Positions 53,501-64,000 of a stretch of DNA of 64,000 bases are shown here, piece by piece (the stretch's first letter is position 1; each line of letters begins with the position of its first letter). Both the position numbers and the translations under genes were made by a program. The notes beneath the pieces were generated by a model that was given only the letters and a program-made list of their open reading frames with translations, was not told the DNA's origin and did no database searches. This DNA is from Trichinella spiralis (lineage: Eukaryota): NCBI RefSeq assembly GCF_000181795.1, contig NW_003526943.1, positions 4,181,228-4,245,227 of the forward strand. Reading direction: 5' to 3'.

Positions 53501-56500
53501 GTTGGCTGGTGGGTCTTTACAGGCGTGAAGTTGATTTACAGCCTGTCATTCATTTGATATAGTAGTGTTAAAATTGTGATGCTGCGGCGAAGCGTCGGCA
53601 TGATATTAGAGCTTCAAAGAGAAGAACAATTAGCGGATTAAGCATGGCGTCTGTAGGACCGGCGCTTCTTTGGCGCCGTTAGGGGTCTAGCAGTAGTCTA
53701 TGAGTAACATTCACCAACGGCCGGTGTCAATAGGCAAAGGTCAGTTTGTAGAGTCAGTTTGGGATGTGGGAAAAACGACAACAAGAGCCAACAAAAACTA
53801 ATTATCCTAATCGATTGGTCAGCGATCCACCGGTGTCAAAGTGCCGCCAGCGTTACGTAGATAGAGGACCAGTTGCGTCACGGCGGGCGACCGTTGGAAT
53901 CCAAGATTCAGGTCAGTGATAAGCCGCTACTGACTACTGACTGCTGACGCTGATCCCACGGCCACCGCAAACCTACTAGACTGGACGATGGCCAACGCTG
54001 TAGACTAATCTTGACAGCCAATCACCGCCCATGCATTTTCTCATACCAGCTTTTTCTTAATCACAATTTTTTGGAAGCTAGATCGTCACAGCTGATTACG
54101 ACATCTTGTCAAAGAAGAGAAATTTGACCTGTTCATACAATATCATAACAAATAACTGACCAGATTCCAAACATCCTTTTTAACTGACAGCTAAGTAATA
54201 TCATTTTGTACATCTTTTTCTTCTGTGAAAACAACAAATTACAAAACATTACATAAGTAGCTCCATTTTTACATTTGCATTCCCCAGTTGCATGCTTACA
54301 ATCTATACTATGCTAAAACAAGCTCAATAAAATGCATTTATTAATCAAAGTAATTCATTGCACTGAGTATTATAGCATTATTATTGATTTGAAGTATATT
54401 TAATACTGACAATCATAACTTAATCTTTCAGTTATTTGAGCAAATACCCCCTTAAATTACTGTAGACAACTCTGAAGTTGGGCGCTTTTTACTCAAATAA
54501 TTTATTTTGCAAAAATGCATCACGAACTTTTTCCTTGCTACAAAATTACAATTGACAATTAAAAGTAAATTGCAACTGAAAACACTTTTTGTTAATTGTT
54601 TTTATAACACTTTAAGCTGTGAGAAAATGTTTTAAAAACAAATTCAACATAACGCTCACGCTCTAATTCACGCTAATGCACAACAAATAGCATTGTAAAA
54701 TGCATTTCAAAAGCAATTAGGCCAAATTTCTATCTAAAAAACATTCTGAAGTTGAGAATTATGTAAAATTTTATGCAATACAAAATACTGATACGCACAA
54801 TAAATTATTCTCAGAGTGTACAATGCTTTTTTATGATGCCAGGGTAGTATGCTGATTAAAAGTAAAACGGAAAATAATAGGGAAAATAAATAAAATTATT
54901 TTACACATCTGTAAAAGTTAAATTCAAAATGCTACACAACAAAATGCGAAGTTCAATGCTTTGCAAGAAATAAGCAGTAAACATTGTAAAATTATGCGTT
55001 ACAAGTAATAAATCAGTAAATATGCATTTGGAGCTTTGCTAATGCGTTTTCACTCCTTCAACGTAGCAACTGCTAATAAAACTAAAACTTTAAAGCAACA
55101 TCATAGCATTTCATGATCAAATTGTGATTTCCCACTTTAGTGATAGCGTATTATCATTGCTCTCTTTGTTTATCAAACATGATTTTATCATCATGCGAAA
55201 TGACTAATTGTTCATATGACAGAAAAATGATACTTTGACAACCGATGTAATTTTCGATTTTTATTTGGATGAAAGAAAAGTGAGGATGAGTATCCTAGCA
55301 AGGACAAATCGTATCCGGTCCCTAGCTACTCTGCTCATTGTACATTAGTGATAACTTTGGCTCGGCGCCACCGTCGGCGAAGCAGAAAACAAATCTGCTG
55401 AATGGGTTGGGCTAATCAAGATATCAGGAACGGTTCGGCGCGTTCATTAATAATCACGGTCAGGAAGTGGTCAAAAGACACGCCCCTTTTGATGTAGGCG
55501 CGGGGTCAAACATGACGCCTGTCAGTCGCCGCTTCAGCATTATTAGAGAACGTTCGTCCATAATAATTTTTCATACAATACAAGCCCTTTTGTTGGGGTG
55601 GAGTAGTCTCGTCAAGGTCAGTAGTGGTGGAATAGCTTCAATGGTGGAACCTTTGTGGCAAGCAGGCGTGAAAAACTACCATTCACTAAATGAACATTGA
55701 TCACTGCCATTCCATCTACTCTCCACAACATGTAAACCTCTGAAAGCCGACCTTGCCTACAGTGACAGTCATTATCGTTAGTCGCGAATTATCGGCGCCA
55801 GATTGGCCTTTCTGCATTTAGGGGTCAAAAGCCAAAATTTTTCTGACCTAAGAGTATCATTTTGAATAACCTCTCAACATTATATGTTTATATTGCACAG
55901 AAAGCGCACACTAATCTCACAGTATTAAGTATGCAATTCCTCAATAGCAATTTCATGTATCACTTCACTTGAAAAGTTTGATACTACTCATGAATGAATG
56001 CAAGATTGATATTTAAAATATTACATTACATCGTTAAACAGTTTACTATTAAAAGCAAATAGCTTTATTAATCAAATGTAAATTATTAAGTAATTTTATT
56101 TCAAATTTAAAACTGAATCAAAATCCCTTTAAAAATAATCATTTATCACATTACAAGGAAAACGGACAAATGAAAAAATTCAATAATATCAGAGTAAACA
56201 GTTTAATAATGGAAGTTATTTTATTGCAGATTTGTCAATAGTTGCATTATTAATTGCTAAATGTTCAACCCAATGACAAATAGCAATAAAAGGATCTAAT
56301 CAGAGAAATCTAATTATAAAGCTCGAGTTCTGCTTATTACATCATCGAATTTTTTAAAGTTTATTTCACTTTCTACATTTTAATATAAAATGAATAATGA
56401 AACAATAAAATAAAATTTAACTGAATTTAAATATACATACAGATATGACTTCATGTACATTTATTAAAGTACAAATTCATTGGAAATCTTTTAATGATTT

Positions 56501-59500
56501 ATGAATTAATGAAAACCTGAAAGCATGTTTTACGTGGGAAAAATATCGTTAAATAAATGATATTTAACACGACAATGCAAAATGCTCATTCAATATGATA
56601 TGATCATCAATAAACATTTACCATGCAAATAGCTCACTTTGCAAAACAAAATATGGCTTTCCCTAATTTTATTTACTCACGTTTAGCTTTTTTGTTTTCA
56701 TAAAAAATATTATAAAAATATTCCTAGATTAATGTTTGCTTTATGAAATAAAAGAATTCATTAGTTTGCAAATCAGTTCTCAGTTGAGTTTAATGTTTAG
56801 TGCCTAATGACGTCATTTTTGCAGGAAATTATGAAAATTGTATTTCATAAGTAAAATGCATTTTAGAATATTGAAATGAAACAAAAATTATAAAATTAAA
56901 CTTTTAACTAAATACCTGCGTTACGTTTCAGAAAAATAAACATCAAAGCATATTCAGAATTTTGTATTTGCTAAAGTTTATCATTAAGCATAAATTTTGA
57001 AATTTCTCACTAAAAAATTAACTTTTTATTAATGCTAAAAATGTGCATGTGTGTTTATTTGGAATAAAACAATGTGAAAATTCAAGTGCGCCATTATATT
57101 TCTTAATTAATAAAGATTAAATATAATAAATATATTTTTAAATTTTATAAAATGTTTTTATGTCATAAACTTTCAAAATTGCGATTCTAATTTATAATTA
57201 ATGATCCAGTGATGTTACTATATAAAAAAATACTATATACATACATAAATTTACGTGTGCATGTGTTTGCCAGACAACACTGTATCAATTTAAAGGCTAC
57301 ACGCAGTATTGTTTATTTAAGTAAAAACATTTTTTATTTACAAAAAAAATATTACATTAGTATAAATTAATTAGCATAATATCAGTTAACTAAATTTAAA
57401 TTTTTGTGCTCGTGATAATTGGTAAAAGAATAAACTGGCATTGCTGGATTATATGAAAAAGTGCGGATCGAAATTTTTGCTCTGCTCTGCGTTGTCCTAC
57501 GATGCTAGCTAGAAAAAACAACACCAGATGTTAAATTTCTAAATCGATGACTAATTTCAAAACGTGAATACAAATTTGAAAAAAAAATCTAGATTTAATT
57601 TGCAGTTCCATTTGAATGAAAATATGAGGCTGCATGAAACGACATGACACTGATAATTGTCATTAAAGCGCTTGCAAATGGACGTTAACAAGTATTATTA
57701 AAACTACCCAGACACCCATTGAGAAGCAAACTGTACGCCATTAAACAACTATCTGTTTCTCAACGACTTTTAACAAGAAAAAACTATAAAAAATGATTTA
57801 CGACACTTTTTTATGTAGCAATTTTGAGTAAAGTAGGAAAATAGGCGTTGACAGATGACCAGCACATTACAATCTGTGGAAGCTACGCTTGCACCAAGCG
57901 GACTTATTATTTGAATTACAACTGCGACGCGCTGTGTAGAAGCTGCTCAGACAAGCGGAAATTTTTCAACTGTCTTTATTTCTGTTTTGCCAGTTTTGTT
58001 TGTATTCTATACCGAAAAGCGATGCCATATGCTTTTCCATGCAGATGACCATATGACGGTCACTTTTGAACCAAGCCAAGGGCGTTTCACACAAACGCAC
58101 AGCCGCGACAGATTTCCTCCTTAAGGACCACTGAACATTGATGAACAAAGCGCTTGTCAACTTTACAGCATAACTCAATTCATCTTTTATCATCACTATT
58201 ATCATCATCATTATTAATTTTAGATGGGCGAAGAATTTTAATTTCATTATTATTCAACAACGTTACAAGTGACCAATTTTTCACACTATTTGAATTTTTT
58301 CTATTAATAAAAATTTCAATATGCATCATCATCATCTTGTTGCTTTTATTTGCAGCACATTTTAATTTCAATTAAAAAATATCATATTTTGACTTCATTT
58401 TAAAATTTTCATCTGTTTTTTGCAACAACATAAAAATTAATCTAATGATAAGTAATTGGATTTTTTTTGAATTTATTAAAATTATTGCACTTTTGTAATA
58501 TTTATTTTTTAAATACTGTCAATATTAATTGAATCTTAATATTATCAGATGGATTGTATTTGAATGTAAATAAATCAGCTTATGAAATCAAAACAGTTTT
58601 ATTGTCCTGTTTTCTTCTTTGAGTAGTAGTAGGTGAAGTTTAAAGTAATCTGATTTTATAACTTCAAAATTTTTTTCTGAAACTATAATAGATAAAACTT
58701 ACATTTATCATATTTACTTACAATAATTGTTGAACTCTTGAATTATCGAAACAATCTGGAGATAAGTGTGCAATTTGCAGAAAAATATAGACATAATAAG
58801 CTAATAATTCTTCCTGATAATACTTTTTTATTCATGATGAATTAAAACTTAAATGCTAGTTATTAGTTTAAAAAATTATTTTAAATCGTTTCAAAATCAC
58901 ATTTATTCAAACAGTCACGCTATTTAAAATCAGATTAATGTCACTTCAAAAACAAAGAATATATTTAACTGAAAGAATTTGAAATTTTTGCCAGTTGAAT
59001 ATTTCAACAAAATAATTATATAAATTTCACGTAATTCAAAAAAAGGCAAAGACTTTTTATAGTACATATAAGTGATAATACAATCATTACTTTCAGAATT
59101 TTAATAATAAACTTAAATTAAACGTTACGAATATAGACGTTAAAAGGTTTTATGAAAGTAATGCTTTCTTCAGTTGTGCAAAGATATCTGCTAAAAAATG
59201 TTTGTTATTAATAAGCTATATATAACAAATATGAATGCTTAATTCTTGCTATTTTGATGTAGCATGTCAAAAAATGACATAAATTATATTTTAACATAAA
59301 TTTAAAAAAGTGTAAAATTACAATAATTGATCTATTTCATCTTTTAATTTGCAAAGGGACTTTATCTGCAATTTGCTTCATGAATCGTACAAAGAAAAAG
59401 ATACAGTGAAAAATATTTGATTGAATTTCACTGCTCCGATGCATTTTACGAACAAGTTTATATAATAATTAATATGAGAAATTTTTATGAGAGGTGGAAA

Positions 59501-62500
59501 TTTTTTGAAAAGCAACTGAATAATCTCAGTTCATTAGTGATAAAACATGATTCAAAGTGCTTGAATTTCTGGTCATTTCATCTCAGCACAACAAACTAAA
59601 GCCTGAGGCAGAAAAAATTGGAACACATTGGCGCCTTGTTGCACAATAATATTTATCGTTTGCATCCGTTCTGCTGCAGAGAAGACGTTAATAATTAAAT
59701 TTTTTCTGCTCTTTTTGCACATTTTCAAAAGTTCTAGTATTGAAATTTTGAAAAAACTTGAATAAACGGTTGAAAAGCAATCTCTCCAATAATTTGGGTT
59801 ATGAAAAGACAATTTTTTTAAAAATACCCTTATTATAAATAAAAATAAATAAATAAATAAATACAACGTACATAGATTGATGAGTAAAAAAATAATCAAG
59901 CAGAACAATAAAAAATGACAAACGGAAATGACCCGCTGTGATAAAAAGTAAAATAAAAGTGGACTACAGCGTGAATTCGAGCTTTTTGCCAGTTTTCATC
60001 ACCTGTCACTGGATGATCATCACTGTGATGGTGTCGATTTCAGCAATAAAGCGGCGCCAAACAGGCGACACATGCTATCATCAAATATGATGCCGGATTC
60101 AAGATGGTCATTAAAAATTTGAACGATAAATCTTGGAGAAAATTCTATCTGTCGAAAAAGGTACCCCTCAACTTCATCAGTCCTGTTTTGCCATATTGAA
60201 CAGTGAAACGTCGTCACATTGCCGGTATTTTTGGCAAATCAGACCGACCAAAACGGTCGTTATTTTGGTCGTTTAAGCGTTCTAAATTGACGAAAAGCGT
60301 CGCAGGGGTGGGAAAATGTCATTAAATTATTTGTCTCCAAATCGGGGACCAGCCGCTTCCAACCGTGTAGTGCTTACGTGGAAATTTGTGAAATCAAAAC
60401 GAGGACAAAAATCCCAAACTGTTATAAATATCGCTCTTATAAATTATAGTCAACTATGCTAATAATACAATATAACACAATCTTAACTTTTACATGACAC
60501 CAACAAATCATATTTACAATACAGATAATTCGAGGTAATTGATAATTCTCAGCACGATTTTTTTGCACGCATCATCATCATTTTAATTTCACAATACTGT
60601 AATGCGTATTCCAATTTGAAATATTAATAGAACAAATAGTGTAGCAATTAATTATTAAACAAGCTTTTAGGTTAATGCAACTTTTGTTTATACATGTATG
60701 CAGATAACTTTATATAACTTATTTTTATTAGTAATCAAAAAAATTCTATTTTATTTGACACACAAAAATTAGAAAAAAATTAAAACATTAATTAAGGGTT
60801 CAAAAGTTGAATTAGACAGAAAAAATTTGCATCTCATTTAATTAACGTTTAAATAATTGGCTAAATCATATTTTATTTTCAAAATTTCTACTATCTGAGC
60901 GAAAAATTACAGTTTTTGATGCGCTTTGGATGAGAATTACATTTAAAATAAAAAATTTTACAATAATGGTTGATTTATAAATGAAATTTCTGTTAAAATA
61001 AATCATTTTTTATAAAAAATATTGTGAATGCAAAATTTATTGCATTATCAGAATAATTCTTAAATTAGCAACTATTAAATCAACGATTCAAAAATTGGCA
61101 TATGATTTTATAATTTATGCTTATGAATTTTATTCATCGTATAAAATATTTGTTAATTATATTTTGTTTTTGTAAATTAAAAAAATCACAGTAGTACTAT
61201 ATGTATATAAAAACAGTTTAAATGCAAGACTTAAAAATCATATAAAAAAGAATTTATGTACGAATTTTAAATTTAACATTTCAAAAGATACAAATGAAAT
61301 TAAAAAGTATGATTGATGTACTATGGAGAAAATAAAAGCTAAGAGGAAAAATAAAATTTTTCGATTATGCTGCATTGTTTCTTCTGCAGTTTGGCAACTG
61401 CTATAAAAGTGCGAAATATATCCGCACAAGCTGTTTTAACGATAATTCATTATTTCTTCAGTTGTCCAATAATTTTTTAAATAATTTATGCATTTTTAAT
61501 GTGAGCAGTAAAAGCAATAATAAAAGCTTATTTTCTTTTCTCTAGATTTATATTACACCTTAAATTCTATGAAAACCTTTTAAACAACTATCACAGTTTT
61601 CATCAGTGAATTAATTAATTATTTTAAACTGAAGAAAAAACTGAAAAAAATAAGGAGAATTTGCTTTTGTTAAATTTCACATAAAATTGACGTTACTAAT
61701 TTTTTTTAAATAATTCTAATAATTTAAATATATTCTTTCAAATGATATTCTCATGGGGTTCCACGTCATAACAGTAGTGATAACGACTTAACCAAACTGG
61801 GAGGCTAAATAATCTCTACTAATGCTAAGATGAAGAAGATAAAAACATTAGGATAAAGGGAAAGGAGGCACTGCGAACAGGAAGTTGGCTTACGGCAGCA
61901 CCGGTCCCGTGATTCCAGACGCTTGCTCCAGACTGATCAACCGGTCCGGACATGTCTGGAGGTGCAAAATTTCCGCTTTCATGCTAGCATGGTCCAACAC
62001 AGCGCGAGAATAACGCAAAATGCGAGTAAATACGTAATGCATGAAGTAAATACTATAGTCGCAATATTTTTTAAAAAAGATGCGCCGGACACACTTCTGA
62101 CAATAATTTTGACTATTAATCACTCAATCAAACGAATAAAAAAATAAATATGGAATAAATATTTAGCATGAAAATTAGTAGACGCGGTCCGTGATATTAT
62201 TTACTGCAGCTTTCAGACGATTGCGTAAAATTATAAAGCATCGACGAATGTATGAACAGAAATGGCAAGTCGCCGGAACGCACATACCCCGGCTATTGAA
62301 GGCCGACTGCACAAGTGAAAGTTGCTTATTTTATAAAATTATGAAAACAAACCAATCTTTACATTTTATAAAGAAAGATGAAAAGCTTTTTCTGAAAGAA
62401 ACTACTTTCAAATTATTGAGCTTGTGTTGAAAATGACGCCCCAGCGGTAGATTTATGATTCAGCGGAAAAGTAGCAAACAAGATTTGAAGATGTCAACTT

Positions 62501-63450
62501 TTTGAGTTTTATTAGCCTGGATGCAAAAACAGAAAGCTTGATTTTGTTGACGTTGTTGGGTGTGTTTTGCGAGTGGATGCGCGATTTTATGGAAGAAAGA
62601 AATTGTCGAGATCCACTGCCGTTGAACAGTTATGAACAGTGGACGGATGGTCGGTCAGATGGATAGAGATAATCGCCGCTCCAGCGAACTATGCACAGTT
62701 TCACCGCGAATCTGACAAAGCAGGCGGAAATATGGCTCGTTGAGGCAATCATGCAATTAAAAAAATTTTTCCAAAATTTTTACATCGTGCAAAAAGCTGT
62801 GTGCATGCGTGCGCTTGATGTCAAACTTACCACGAATTCTTGGAAAATTGGCTTCAAAATCAGGGGAAAATGTACACTTCGGACTTGACTGAGAAAGCGA
62901 CAGACGTTGGATTCGTTTTTGCACGTTTTACGCTTGAATGTGATCAAAGCAGTCGGACTTGATTCAGCCAACCAATCGCAGAGGTACCGTATCTAACATG
63001 GAACAGAGTGACATTCTTCATTATTGCCGCCGTTGATTGACTGCCGGTTGATCAACCTTGATTGAACACGATTTTACGGTTTGTCGGCCATAAACTACCG
63101 TACGCCGTCGGAGGTTTACTAATTGCATGCTCTGATGAAATGGCATACTGTATGCTGCAGCGCAGTTTTGCCATGTTCTCTGAGGAACCCCGTTGCCCAG
63201 TTCGCATTAGCGTAATGGACTTTGCCATTCTTTAACTCTTCATTTTATGAATAGGGTTTTAATCACGCGGTCGTGAGCACGTCAGTGTTGAACGGCTTGC
63301 ACAGGTGAAAGCCTGACCAGGATGTGTCGCTTAAAATCGAATTCAAACCCGGCAGGGTCGGCAAAAGTTGCTCACGCCTCAGCGCCCAAATACGCCTTGG
63401 GAGGTATCTTTTGTTGGATCTGTAAACAATTCAATTGCTCGGGCAACTCT
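48400..63450. promoter_or_regulatory. Series of GC-richer non-coding islands around the Pax6 5' end (candidate promoter/enhancers)
   Basis: Blocks at about 48400-49250, 50200-51350, 53480-54120, 55290-55840, 57840-58150, 59940-60400 and 62420-63450 stand out from very AT-rich spacers, with no convincing coding frame or TE ends. Confidence 0.45.
61749..62309. mobile_element. pogo/Tigger-like MITE, copy 2 (truncated, inverted relative to copy 1)
   Basis: The reverse complement aligns with 38494-~39100 (both give the spurious peptide 'AVLDxASMKAxILHxQTC') and ends in gaaggccgactg. Confidence 0.75.
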
Positions 63451-64000
63451 AAAATTTATATTCAAAAAGTAAAAACAAATGTTTACCAACATTATTGCTG
63501 ATTTACAATAATCTGAACCAAAAATTCAACTGAAATTCATATTGAAACCAAAAATAAGTTGATAATTCTAATAATTTTATTATTCTCAATACTTGTCTCA
63601 TTCATCATTTATTTTTTGAGCATTCATTGAATTGGTCTGACATTATTAACGCATATCCCTTTTTTAAACTTTTTTTAAAACTCTTAAATTTATCATACAT
63701 GAAATTTATTAAACTTACTATTTTAAACCTTTTGTTATGTCATGCAAATTATGCATAGGTAGGCGATTGAGTAGCAATGGAATGCAAAGGCAAAGGCGTT
63801 ATTCTTCATATTAATTTTGATTTCAACTTTGCTCAGCATAATCATAGTATTAATGGCAGAAACCAGCAAATTCTATATTACACAAATGCATATATGTATA
63901 TAAGATTTGTGTGGATTTTCATCTTAAAACTAAATACAATTTTTGATAATTAATTTACCTAAAAAACAAAATTAGACAAAAATTATTTATTATAATTAAA

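Noticed and set aside
53647..60058. GGCGCC boxes in the Pax6 islands as BMP/Smad response elements
   Set aside because: None shows the GGCGCC-N5-GTCT spacing; the hexamer alone is uninformative.
1..64000. tRNA, rRNA, snRNA/SL RNA, conserved miRNAs, CRISPR arrays or prokaryotic systems
   Set aside because: None recognised by eye and the DNA is intron-rich eukaryotic sequence; a tRNAscan-SE/Infernal run would be needed to exclude divergent RNA genes.

Overview
Very AT-rich eukaryotic genomic DNA with many short (~50-100 nt) GT-AG introns. Gene content and the Pax6 '[10 protein letters not shown]' motif point to a nematode, probably Trichinella-like (inference). The ORF track shows only exon fragments, so I assembled the gene models by hand from splice sites and reading frame. 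Left 34 kb, gene-dense: a prominin-like 5-TM gene (-), an orphan gene (-), a KCMF1-like ZZ/Di19 zinc-finger gene (+), a TBRG1-N-terminus-like gene (-), TMEM230 followed by a MAD2L2/REV7-like HORMA gene in an operon-like arrangement (+), a secreted 2-Ig ZIG/Imp-L2-like gene (+), and BBIP1 with a canonical X-box (-). Right 30 kb: the Pax6/vab-3 locus (-) with a gene-free upstream region broken by GC-richer islands. Mobile DNA: a probable solo LTR, a deleted Gypsy element with both LTRs, a Buster-type hAT deletion derivative, two inverted pogo/Tigger-like MITE copies and an intronic palindrome. The most unusual item is the prominin-like gene: its ~230-aa Ser/Lys- then Arg/Asp-rich cytoplasmic tail is encoded by 11 consecutive frame-preserving phase-2 exons, mostly micro-exons, and its extracellular loops carry three furin-type motifs.
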